From the NCBI RefSeq assembly GCF_031769215.1, contig NW_026782690.1, positions 62,001 through 126,000 of the forward strand: 64,000 nt of DNA, written 5' to 3'. The notes beneath the pieces are model-generated. The model was given only the letters and a program-made list of their open reading frames with translations. It had not been told where the DNA came from and searched no databases. This DNA comes from Ylistrum balloti (lineage: Eukaryota). Shown here piece by piece: positions 1 to 13,600 of the stretch. A program made the position numbers and the translations under genes. Every line of letters starts with the position of its first letter. Positions within the stretch are counted from its first letter, which is position 1.

Positions 1-712
1 GAATACTAGAGAAGTACCTGGTCTCGAGACCACAATCAGCGTCGCAGAGTGAATTTTCAATTTTATTTAGATTTTACTTGGAGACCAACTGTCTGATGAT
101 CGTCATCAGATTAGGTTAAAATGATCCGAGACACATTTCATAGAAAAAGCTTAACAACAGTAAACACTTTTCATTTACATTGAAATATTTTTTGGCTATA
201 TTTTTGTTTCGATATTTTTAATCAACATAGGTTGTAAAGATCTTTATGGGGAGATGTCGGAAATTCCTGGTGGATAAACAAAAAATATATTGTAACAAGG
301 GAAACCAAACTGTTATGCCCGCACCATAGTTTAAAAGAAACTGACTGCTTAAATGACAGCGCGAGTGTTGAGGGATTAGCTTTTGTGAAAAATACGCTGT
401 CTCACATGAAGTGCTATCAAACAAAACAGGCAATGCATGTACGTGCATTCGTGCATGATAAAATGAGCTCATACTGCTTAACCCATGACTCTGACAAACG
501 ATTAAAAAACAAGTTTTTGAGACCCAGAAAGTTTGTGACCGAATTTCTAAATGTTGTCATATTAAACAGATTTCGTTTTCAGAATTTAATAGATAGTCTA
601 GCAATTTGTCATTTTCAAATTAGGTTCCTTACAAAAAAGTTAATAGATATGTATGTATCTAAGTGGTTGACGTCTATTGCTCATTCCGATTATTTCCTTT
701 TTCAATTTAAAG

Positions 713-3700
713 GTGCGTCCAGATCAACCGACAGGAACGGTTACGGTGAATTTTAACGGCACAAAAGGTCACGAAATCGTTATTTCGTTGAAAAAGGGCG
801 ACGACAAACAAGAGAAAATGAAAATTTCAAAACTGAAGATAGAGGCATGTTTTGAATCAACAGGTCAGAATATTTCTTCTGCTGATACGAATATAGCTAT
901 ATATATTACCTTCCTACTTGCTAAGCATTTAGCATGACACGTCAATGGGTGTTCTTTGTAGCATAGATATAAATTATTATTTCACAATCATCATCGAGAT
1001 GTAATCATTTGATCTTATTTATATTTTAATATCAATAATATCATCAGCATTCAAACTAGAATGTACGTAACATTTCTTAAACCAACTAAAAATAATAACA
1101 AAATCAGCCATACTCTGTTTCTGTCATATTGGGAAGATCCATGTTGGTTCATGTTAAAGAGAAAGCCTTTAAATATGTTAGTTGATCTTTCTCAAAATAA
1201 ATTGAATTATAGTGGATATGAAGAGATCCAATATATTTCTTTAAAAATCATGATATTTTAAAAAAGGTACTTTGATCGATCCCTCATATTTTGTTTTTTT
1301 AAGGTAAAAATAGGTATATTTCATATTAGACAGCCTTTATTTCTAAGAGTAGGTTACAGCGCATTTCGTTTATTTTATCGATAATTTCCTGATGTAATGA
1401 CTGAGTGTGACCATGAGAGTGTATTGTATTTTACTTTCAGCATGTATATTAACGATCGTAACAAGCATAAATGCCAAGGAATATGTGTTGCTTACCGATA
1501 GCGACGGAGAATATTCGTCACCATTGGCTTCCGGTAACCTAGCAGGAGCTGCACGAAACTCTGACAACCAAGTGGAACTGACACTACACTTCCAGAGCGC
1601 AACCTTATATACCTTATCTGTGACTTTTGCTGAACTTAACTATACTGTGATGTATCAGGATAAACCACTCATGGTAAGTATTTGAAAAATTGGATCAGAT
1701 CCGTTACACCATCATAATATAACCATTTCTAATCCAAAGACTCATACCGTAATGTTCTTTTTTTGTGCAGGAGTAGAAGTATAAAATCGTTATCGCGATA
1801 AATACATGCGACGATTCCTGAGTTTCTTTAGATGGATTATAAATGTTTTATGCATTTAATCAATCTGTTAGACTATAGTTTAATTTCATAGTTTTACGTC
1901 CACCTGTTTAATCAGCGACTACGAAAGTAACAATTTTGAAAATTAATTAAAATTTTGCATTCCTGTTATGATAACTTATCACGTACATTAAATACAAACT
2001 ATACTTTCAATGTGAAATCATCTTATTAAGAATCATTATATCGTATCTTGATGTTTTAGTTAGTTTATAAGTCATGTTCTACTCCTTTTTTTATCCAGAC
2101 TTCGACGTTTTCATCCGATAACACATCAAATGACATTCACTTTGACGGCAAAATTACAAATATGAACGAATTGGTATTCTTGATATCACCTGCTACTGAT
2201 GGAAGTGAGCCTATATTCCAAATAACTAAAATAGTTGGTTGCATGGAAAAACAAGGTAAGAGCAAAATAATTGCATTAAGGTCGTGCTTTGAGAATACCG
2301 GCTATCCGTTATGCTCACCGACCACAATCTGACAACTAGCTTCATATCTAATATCAAAGTATCAGCAAATGTTATAAGCATTATCATGATTAAAGCAAAG
2401 TAATACGTCACTTTCAACATATTACCACCATTACATGGTTAGTTAAGGATATTATCGATTTTTACCGATATACTGGTAATTCCCACATCTCGTGATTAGC
2501 TCATGCATTGACTATTTTTGGAAACGGAAAACAACGCGGAATTTCGTAAGAATTACTTGATCTATTATCGCATATAGCATTTGTTATAATTGAGATTTAA
2601 AACAAATCGTTGTTTCATTTTTTGATGAATTATTTAAGAATCAGATGAACATTATTACGAATATTTGAAATATGTAAAGACAATTAACTCCACTTAATAC
2701 GAACCTCAGTGGCTAATTAATAGAACGTAAACATATTTCCCCAAGGGAAACTGAGATATTTAAAGGAAATTGTTATTTTTCACACCATTCCAAATTGTAG
2801 TCTATATATTTATTGACTAAGCTGCGCGATACCTAAAGTTGATACTGTTTTATCATCTACAGAGGTAACCACAACCATTGGTACACAGATAACAACACCA
2901 GTGACAGGGGAAACAACTGTCACTACATCATCAACAAGACGTTCAGCGCCTACAACGACAACACCGGCCGTAACCACATTTACCACTGGTACTTTCAGCT
3001 GATTCATTTACAAAAAAAAAGAGATACACATAGCAGTAAAATTATTCATAGGAAATTCTATGATATGAACCATATATACATATAGATGAAAGAACTTATT
3101 AACTCGCTAAGCATTAAATAAGATGCAGAAAAAGGCAAAAAGCGAAAAGACGTAATTATTTCTAAAAATATATGCATATAGATGTTTTTTTTCAGTCTCA
3201 TCTATGTTGGGCATTAGTTGAAAAGAATGTTTACTTTTAAAACAGGCACTCTATCCACCAGTCCAGCAATTACTACACGTAAGTAGCACTTGGTTTTAAA
3301 AAAAACACTTTATTTCACTTGTGTGGATCAGAAATTATCTTTCCTCATCAATAAATTATTATTAAAACGCTGAAAATATTAATTAGCTCTTCGTATTCTT
3401 GAATGTCTGTTCAGTTGTTGTACAGTCGCTACGGTCATTAACAGAAATAGTCGGATTACTATATAGATATTCATTCGATTACAAGAAAACCGTCGATTGC
3501 CAAATATATGTTAACGTATCCAAAATGCCACTGTTCCCCAATACTGGGATTCTGTGACAAAAGATACAATAGTCTTGGTGAATCAGCAATATATTTTGGT
3601 AAAACATTTGGTGTACACCAGTTTTATAATAAAAAAGTACAATGTCCCGACTGAGTTTTGAACCCTCCAGCATGAATCGAGAGGTTGTTGTAGTTCCTTG

Positions 3701-4662
3701 TTTCTTTAATGATAGTGAGCTTTATTCATTTTACAACAACTGCGAAGCAAGTTTCACCAACTTAAATTAATCACTCTTGATGGCACAAATAGAAGTGCGC
3801 GAAGGATCTTAATGTGGGAGAAAACCGGAGCACCCGGGGAAATCCCACGTGGTCGGGCAGGTGATCCCTTACCTTTTCACATTCATTCCGGGAATCGACC
3901 CCCTGACGGCTAGGTGAAACGCGAGTGCGTCACTACTGCGTCACCCGACCTTCCGAGTTTCTTGTTAAAAACTATACAGCTACGGTACCGTTACTTTATC
4001 AGCTATTTGCTACAAAGTACAATAATCGGGTAACATATGAAAATTCCGATATTAGCTTGCTATAAATAGGAAAAGGAGCCGTTAGGTTGTTGGAATTTTT
4101 AAAGTAGGGAATAATGAATTGATATTTCCGCATTGTTAACAAAATTGCGGATCTTGAGGAGCAGACGTCTTTGAACTTTAATTCAATAGCGAATGTCTCC
4201 ACAAATAAACCTTGTGCAATGTCCACGTGTGCTCAGATCATCTAAACTAATCAAGATGTACTCCGAACAGTTGTTGGTAATCACATTGTTTTAAGTGCGA
4301 TATTGAGTCTTCTCTACATATGAATTGTGTCATTATTGATATATCTGTATGTTCACCTTAAGTTCATGTAATACCATCGCAATAATTATTCTTTTTCAGC
4401 ATGTGCTCATACTACTATCGAAATGGAGCAAAATAGTCAGAATATCGAAATCACAGTTTTGAACAAAACAATGAAATACGGTGGAGATGCATTGATAAGT
4501 GAATTAGAACTTGATGATAACACGGAGACTGTTATGGCAGCACTAAAAGATACAGAAGCCGCTGATAACCCTGTGTTTAAAGTTTTCTTCGTTACCTATA
4601 ACACTGATGAAGTAATAGTTGAATTACGGACTAACACCGGAAATACTGTAGGGGAGTCAAAG
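713..4662 (+). CDS. Exon cassette copy 1 (6 exons, 963 nt = 321 aa)
   Basis: Exons 713-863 (VRPDQ...IEACFEST), 1441-1673 (CILTIV...DKPLM), 2099-2255 (TSTFSS...IVGCMEKQ), 2863-2988 (EVTTTIG...TTFTT), 3246-3278 (GTLSTSPAITT), 4400-4662 (CAHTTIEMEQ...TVGESK). Junction phases 1,0,1,1,1,0. Confidence 0.85.
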
Positions 4663-7600
4663 GTATAATATATACGGTAACCTCACATATACAAGACCAT
4701 CATTAATTGACCATTGTAGTACTTGAAAATTACCAACTGATAACTCAACTTTATATATAAGGTAGATGAAAGGTAATTTAACGTAGTGTGTATACATTTT
4801 TTTTTCAGCTTTGAAAAGAGTTTTTCCTTTATTCTTTTATTTCTTAGTTTCATACTGGTAAATGAGTAAAACCGATTGAAAACCTGGATGGTCGCACATG
4901 ATATCTAAGATATGTATTAAGAACAAAAAATAACACACAAAAAATGTATAAATTGTATTTGATGAAGTGTATTTGTCTAAGAAATCACCACGCATAAGAC
5001 CTTTCATGACATAAAGTGACTTCATTGACAGCTATTCCGCGCCTCTTTTAGTCATTCAAAATTCATTTATGAGTGGGCCCATCATGCTCCGAAGGGAAAT
5101 GTATAGTGTCAGGCATTAGATGGAGGGAAACCGATAGCATAAACGTGACAGGTGATTTTATTGCACCATTAGTCAGAGAGAGTACTGTTGGATTATAAAG
5201 AGAAGCATTTGGGTCAGTGGAGAGTTGGTGAAGAGCTATTTTCCGCCGATCCTGATAAAACAAATAAGAGGTGTCGCTGGTGTGTGTGCACCTAGATGAA
5301 TACTAGAGAAGTACCTGGTCTCGAGACCACAATCAGCGTCGCAGAGTGAATTTTCAATTTTATTTAGATTTTACTTGGAGACCAACTGTCTGATGATCGT
5401 CATCAGATTAGGTTAAAATGATCCGAGACACATTTCATAGAAAAAGCTTAACAACAGTAAACACTTTTCATTTACATTGAAATATTTTTTGGCTATATTT
5501 TTGTTTCGATATTTTGAATCAACATAGGTTGTAAAGATCTTTATGGGGAGATGTCGGAAATTCCTGGTGGATAAACAAAAAATATATTGTAACAAGGGAA
5601 ACCAAACTGTTATGCCCGCACCATAGTTTAAAAGAAACTGACTGCTTAAATGACAGCGCGAGTGTTGAGGAATTAGCTTTTGTGAAAAATACGCTGTCTC
5701 ACATGAAGTGCTATCAAACAAAACAGGCAATGCATGTACGTGCATTCGTGCATGATAAAATGAGCTCATACTGCTTAACCCATGACTCTGACAAACGATT
5801 AAAAAACAAGTTTTTGAGACCCAGAAAGTTTGTGACCGAATTTCTAAATGTTGTCATATTAAACAGATTTCGTTTTCAGAATTTAATAGATAGTCTAGCA
5901 ATTTGTCATTTTCAAATTAGGTTCCTTACAAAAAAGTTAATAGATATGTATGTATCTAAGTGGTTGACGTCTATTGCTCATTCCGATTATTTCCTTTTTC
6001 AATTTAAAGGTGCGTCCAGATCAACCGACAGGAACGGTTACGGTGAATTTTAACGGCACAAAAGGTCACGAAATCGTTATTTCGTTGAAAAAGGGCGACG
6101 ACAAACAAGAGAAAATGAAAATTTCAAAACTGAAGATAGAGGCATGTTTTGAATCAACAGGTCAGAATATTTCTTCTGCTGATACGAATATAGCTATATA
6201 TATTACCTTCCTACTTGCTAAGCATTTAGCATGACACGTCAATGGGTGATCTTTGTAGCATAGATATAAATTATTATTTCACAATCATCATCGAGATGTA
6301 ATCATTTGATCTTATTTATATTTTAATATCAATAATATCATCAGCATTCAAACTAGAATGTACGTAACATTTCTTAAACCAACTAAAAATAATAACAAAA
6401 TCAGCCATACTCTGTTTCTGTCATATTGGGAAGATCCATGTTGGTTCATGTTAAAGAGAAAGCCTTTAAATATGTTAGTTGATCTTTCTCAAAATAAATT
6501 GAATTATAGTGGATATGAAGAGATCCAATATATTTCTTTAAAAATCATGATATTTTAAAAAAGGTACTTTGATCGATCCCTCCTTTCCATATTTTGTTTT
6601 TTTAAGGTAAAAATAGGCATATTTCATATTAGACAGCCTTTATTTCTAAGAGTAGGTTACAGCACATTTCGTTTATTTTATCGATAATTTCCTGATGTAA
6701 TGACTGAGTGTGACCATGAGAGTGTATTGTATTTTACTTTCAGCATGTATATTAACGATCGTAACAAGCATAAATGCCAAGGAATATGTGTTGCTTACCG
6801 ATAGCGACGGAGAATATTCGTCACCATTGGCTTCCGGTAACCTAGCAGGAGCTGCACGAAACTCTGACAACCAAGTGGAACTGACACTACACTTCCAGAG
6901 CGCAACCTTATATACCTTATCTGTGACTTTTGCTGAACTTAACTATACTGTGATGTATCAGGATAAACCACTCATGGTAAGTATTTGAAAAATTGGATCA
7001 GATCCGTTACACCATCATAATATAACCATTTCTAATCCAAAGACTCATACCGTAATGTTCTTTTTTGTGCAGGAGTAGAAGTATAAAATCGTTATCGCGA
7101 TAAATACATGCGACGATTCCTGAGTTTCTTTAGATGGATTATAAATGTTTTATGCATTTAATCAATCTGTTAGACTATAGTTTAATTTCATAGTTTTACG
7201 TCCACCTGTTTAATCAGCGACTACGAAAGTAACAATTTTGAAAATTAATTAAAATTTTGCATTCCTGTTATGATAACTTATCACGTACATTAAATACAAA
7301 CTATACTTTCAATGTGAAATCATCTTATTAAGAATCATTATATCGTATCTTGATGTTTTAGTTAGTTTATAAGTCATGTTCTACTCCTTTTTTTTATCCA
7401 GACTTCGACGTTTTCATCCGATAACACATCAAATGACATTCACTTTGACGGCAAAATTACAAATATGAACGAATTGGTATTCTTGATATCACCTGCTACT
7501 GATGGAAGTGAGCCTATATTCCAAATAACTAAAATAGTTGGTTGCATGGAAAAACAAGGTAAGAGCAAAATAATTGCATTAAGGTCGTGCTTTGAGAATA

Positions 7601-10600
7601 CCGGCTATCCGTTATGCTCACCGACCACAATCTGACAACTAGCTTCATATCTAATATCAAAGTATCAGCAAATGTTATAAGCATTATCATGATTAAAGCA
7701 AAGTAATACGTCACTTTCAACATATTACCACCATTACATGGTTAGTTAAGGATATTATCGATTTTTACCGATATACTGGTAATTCCCACATCTCGTGATT
7801 AGCTCATGCATTGACTATTTTTGGAAACGGAAAACAACGCGGAATTTCGTAAGAATTACTTGATCTATTATCGCATATAGCATTTGTTATAATTGAGATT
7901 TAAAACAAATCGTTGTTTCATTTTTTGATGAATTATTTAAGAATCAGATGAACATTATTACGAATATTTGAAATATGTAAAGACAATTAACTCCACTTAA
8001 TACGAACCTCAGTGGCTAATTAATAGAACGTAAACATATTTCCCCAAGGGAAACTGAGATATTTAAAGGAAATTGTTATTTTTCACACCATTCCAAATTG
8101 TAGTCTATATATTTATTGACTAAGCTGCGCGATACCTAAAGTTGATACTGTTTTATCATCTACAGAGGTAACCACAACCATTGGTACACAGATAACAACA
8201 CCAGTGACAGGGGAAACAACTGTCACTACATCATCAACAAGACGTTCAGCGCCTACAACGACAACACCGGCCGTAACCACATTTACCACTGGTACTTTCA
8301 GCTGATTCATTTACAAAAAAAGAGATACACATAGCAGTAAAATTATTCATAGGAAATTCTATGATATGAACCATATATACATATAGATGAAAGAACTTAT
8401 TAACTCGCTAAGCATTAAATAAGATGCAGAAAAAGGCAAAAAGCGAAAAGACGTAATTATTTCTAAAAATATATGCATATAGATGTTTTTTTTCAGTCTC
8501 ATCTATGTTGGGCATTAGTTGAAAAGAATGTTTACTTTTAAAACAGGCACTCTATCCACCAGTCCAGCAATTACTACACGTAAGTAGCACTTGGTTTTAA
8601 AAAAAACCCACTTTATTTCACTTATGTGGATCAGAAATTATCTTTCCTCATCAATAAATTATTATTAAAACGCTGAAAATATTAATTAGCTCTTCGTATT
8701 CTTGAATGTCTGTTCAGTTGTTGTACAGTCGCTACGGTCATTAACAGAAATAGTCGGATTACTATATAGATATTCATTCGATTACAAGAAAACCGTCGAT
8801 TGCCAAATATATGTTAACGTATCCAAAATGCCACTGTTCCCCAATACTGGGATTCTGTGACAAAAGATACAATAGTCTTGGTGAATCAGCAATATATTTT
8901 GGTAAAACATTTGGTGTACACCAGTTTTATAATAAAAAAGTACAATGTCCCGACTGAGTTTTGAACCCTCCAGCATGAATCGAGAGGTTGTTGTAGTTCC
9001 TTGTTTCTTTAATGATAGTGAGCTTTATTCATTTTACAACAACTGCGAAGCAAGTTTCACCAACTTAAATTAATCACTCTTGATGGCACAAATAGAAGTG
9101 CGCGAAGGATCTTAATGTGGGAGAAAACCGGAGCACCCGGGGAAATCCCACGTGGTCGGGCAGGTGATCCCTTACCTTTTCACATTCATTCCGGGAATCG
9201 ACCCCCTGACGGCTAGGTGAAACGCGAGTGCGTCACTACTGCGTCACCCGACCTTCCGAGTTTCTTGTTAAAAACTATACAGCTACGGTACCGTTACTTT
9301 ATCAGCTATTTGCTACAAAGTACAATAATCGGGTAACATATGAAAATTCCGATATTAGCTTGCTATAAATAGGAAAAGGAGCCGTTAGGTTGTTGGAATT
9401 TTTAAAGTAGGGAATAATGAATTGATATTTCCGCATTGTTAACAAAATTGCGGATCTTGAGGAGCAGACGTCTTTGAACTTTAATTCAATAGCGAATGTC
9501 TCCACAAATAAACCTTGTGCAATGTCCACGTGTGCTCAGATCATCTAAACTAATCAAGATGTACTCCGAACAGTTGTTGGTAATCACATTGTTTTAAGTG
9601 CGATATTGAGTCTTCTCTACATATGAATTGTGTCATTATTGATATATCTGTATGTTCACCTTAAGTTCATGTAATACCATCGCAATAATTATTCTTTTTC
9701 AGCATGTGCTCATACTACTATCGAAATGGAGCAAAATAGTCAGAATATCGAAATCACAGTTTTGAACAAAACAATGAAATACGGTGGAGATGCATTGATA
9801 AGTGAATTAGAACTTGATGATAACACGGAGACTGTTATGGCAGCACTAAAAGATACAGAAGCCGCTGATAACCCTGTGTTTAAAGTTTTCTTCGTTACCT
9901 ATAACACTGATGAAGTAATAGTTGAATTACGGACTAACACCGGAAATACTGTAGGGGAGTCAAAGGTATAATATATACGGTAACCTCACATATACAAGAC
10001 CATCATTAATTGACCATTGTAGTACTTGAAAATTACCAACTGATAACTCAACTTTATATATAAGGTAGATGAAAGGTAATTTAACGTAGTGTGTATACAT
10101 TTTTTTTCAGCTTTGAAAAGAGTTTTTCCTTTATTCTTTTATTTCTTAGTTTCATACTGGTAAATGAGTAAAACCGATTGAAAACCTGGATGGTCGCACA
10201 TGATATCTAAGATATGTATTAAGAACAAAAAATAACACACAAAAAAATGTATAAATTGTATTTGATGAAGTGTATTTGTCTAAGAAATCACCACACATAA
10301 GACCTTTCATGACATAAAGTGACTTCATTGACAGCTATTCCGCGCCTCTTTTAGTCATTCAAAATTCATTTATGAGTGGGCCCATCATGCTCCGAAGGGA
10401 AATGTATAGTGTCAGGCATTAGATGGAGGGAAACCGATAGCATAAACGTGACAGGTGATTTTATTGCACCATTAGTCAGAGAGAGTACTGTTGGATTATA
10501 AAGAGAAGCATTTGGGTCAGTGGAGAGTTGGCATTTTCCGCCGATCCTGATAAAACAAATAAGAGGTGTCGCTGGTGTGTGTGCACCTAGATGAATACTA

Positions 10601-13600
10601 GAGAAGTACCTGGTCTCGAGACCACAATCAGCGTCGCAGAGTGAATTTTCAATTTTATTTAGATTTTACTTGGAGACCAACTGTCTGATGATCGTCATCA
10701 GATTAGGTTAAAATGATCCGAGACACATTTCATAGAAAAAGCTTAACAACAGTAAACACTTTTCATTTACATTGAAATATTTTTTGGCTATATTTTTGTT
10801 TCGATATTTTGAATCAACATAGGTTGTAAAGATCTTTATGGGGAGATGTCGGAAATTCCTGGTGGATAAACAAAAAATATATTGTAACAAGGGAAACCAA
10901 ACTGTTATGCCCGCACCATAGTTTAAAAGAAACTGACTGCTTAAATGACAGCGCGAGTGTTGAGGAATTAGCTTTTGTGAAAAATACGCTGTCTCACATG
11001 AAGTGCTATCAAACAAAACAGGCAATGCATGTACGTGCATTCGTGCATGATAAAATGAGCTCATACTGCTTAACCCATGACTCTGACAAACGATTAAAAA
11101 ACAAGTTTTTGAGACCCAGAAAGTTTGTGACCGAATTTCTAAATGTTGTCATATTAAACAGATTTCGTTTTCAGAATTTAATAGATAGTCTAGCAATTTG
11201 TCATTTTCAAATTAGGTTCCTTACAAAAAAGTTAATAGATATGTATGTATCTAAGTGGTTGACGTCTATTGCTCATTCCGATTATTTCCTTTTTCAATTT
11301 AAAGGTGCGTCCAGATCAACCGACAGGAACGGTTACGGTGAATTTTAACGGCACAAAAGGTCACGAAATCGTTATTTCGTTGAAAAAGGGCGACGACAAA
11401 CAAGAGAAAATGAAAATTTCAAAACTGAAGATAGAGGCATGTTTTGAATCAACAGGTCAGAATATTTCTTCTGCTGATACGAATATAGCTATATATATTA
11501 CCTTCCTACTTGCTAAGCATTTAGCATGACACGTCAATGGGTGATCTTTGTAGCATAGATATAAATTATTATTTCACAATCATCATCGAGATGTAATCAT
11601 TTGATCTTATTTATATTTTAATATCAATAATATCATCAGCATTCAAACTAGAATGTACGTAACATTTCTTAAACCAACTAAAAATAATAACAAAATCAGC
11701 CATACTCTGTTTCTGTCATATTGGGAAGATCCATGTTGGTTCATGTTAAAGAGAAAGCCTTTAAATATGTTAGTTGATCTTTCTCAAAATAAATTGAATT
11801 ATAGTGGATATGAAGAGATCCAATATATTTCTTTAAAAATCATGATATTTTAAAAAAGGTACTTTGATCGATCCCTCCTTTCCATATTTTGTTTTTTAAG
11901 GTAAAAATAGGCATATTTCATATTAGACAGCCTTTATTTCTAAGAGTAGGTTACAGCACATTTCGTTTATTTTATCGATAATTTCCTGATGTAATGACTG
12001 AGTGTGACCATGAGAGTGTATTGTATTTTACTTTCAGCATGTATATTAACGATCGTAACAAGCATAAATGCCAAGGAATATGTGTTGCTTACCGATAGCG
12101 ACGGAGAATATTCGTCACCATTGGCTTCCGGTAACCTAGCAGGAGCTGCACGAAACTCTGACAACCAAGTGGAACTGACACTACACTTCCAGAGCGCAAC
12201 CTTATATACCTTATCTGTGACTTTTGCTGAACTTAACTATACTGTGATGTATCAGGATAAACCACTCATGGTAAGTATTTGAAAAATTGGATCAGATCCG
12301 TTACACCATCATAATATAACCATTTCTAATCCAAAGACTCATACCGTAATGTTCTTTTTTGTGCAGGAGTAGAAGTATAAAATCGTTATCGCGATAAATA
12401 CATGCGACGATTCCTGAGTTTCTTTAGATGGATTATAAATGTTTTATGCATTTAATCAATCTGTTAGACTATAGTTTAATTTCATAGTTTTACGTCCACC
12501 TGTTTAATCAGCGACTACGAAAGTAACAATTTTGAAAATTAATTAAAATTTTGCATTCCTGTTATGATAACTTATCACGTACATTAAATACAAACTATAC
12601 TTTCAATGTGAAATCATCTTATTAAGAATCATTATATCGTATCTTGATGTTTTAGTTAGTTTATAAGTCATGTTCTACTCCTTTTTTTTTATCCAGACTT
12701 CGACGTTTTCATCCGATAACACATCAAATGACATTCACTTTGACGGCAAAATTACAAATATGAACGAATTGGTATTCTTGATATCACCTGCTACTGATGG
12801 AAGTGAGCCTATATTCCAAATAACGAAAATAGTTGGTTGCATGGAAAAACAAGGTAAGAGCAAAATAATTGCATTAAGGTCGTGCTTTGAGAATACCGGC
12901 TATCCGTTATGCTCACCGACCACAATCTGACAACTAGCTTCATATCTAATATCAAAGTATCAGCAAATGTTATAAGCATTATCATGATTAAAGCAAAGTA
13001 ATACGTCACTTTCAACATATTACCACCATTACATGGTTAGTTAAGGATATTATCGATTTTTACCGATATACTGGTAATTCCCACATCTCGTGATTAGCTC
13101 ATGCATTGACTATTTTTGGAAACGGAAAACAACGCGGAATTTCGTAAGAATTAGTTGATCTATTATCGCATATAGCATTTGTTATAATTGAGATTTAAAA
13201 CAAATCGTTGTTTCATTTTTTGATGAATTATTTAAGAATCAGATGAACATTATTACGAATATTTGAAATATGTAAAGACAATTAACTCCACTTAATACGA
13301 ACCTCAGTGGCTAATTAATAGAACGTAAACATATTTCCCCAAGGGAAACTGAGATATTTAAGGAAATTGTTATTTTTCACACCATTCCAAATTGTAGTCT
13401 ATATATTTATTGACTAAGCTGCGCGATACCTAAAGTTGATACTGTTTTATCATCTACAGAGGTAACCACAACCATTGGTACACAGATAACAACACCAGTG
13501 ACAGGGGAAACAACTGTCACTACATCATCAACAAGACGTTCAGCGCCTACAACGACAACACCGGCCGTAACCACATTTACCACTGGTACTTTCAGTTGAT

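Noticed and set aside
385-756. 123-aa ORF MKNTLSHMKC... (also at 5682 and 10977) and the overlapping minus-strand ORFs
   Set aside because: Intronic sequence running into an exon in the wrong frame. The recurrence is explained by the tandem duplication, not by selection.
1407-1440. Apparent signal peptide MRVYCILLSACILTIV suggesting a small secreted protein
   Set aside because: The first part is the intron polypyrimidine tract (gtattgtattttactttcag). The real exon starts at 1441 and splices in frame on both sides.
2822-2862. Alternative acceptor tgactaag| for the Thr-rich exon
   Set aside because: Out of frame and hits TAA. The acceptor at 2863 has the better pyrimidine tract and keeps the frame.
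2810-3007. Val-rich minus-strand ORFs (2810, 8113, 13407, 16579)
   Set aside because: Antisense shadows of the Thr-rich (ACN) exons.
3895-3952. tRNA gene
   Set aside because: Only A/B-box-like remnants without a full cloverleaf, continuing into a SINE core.
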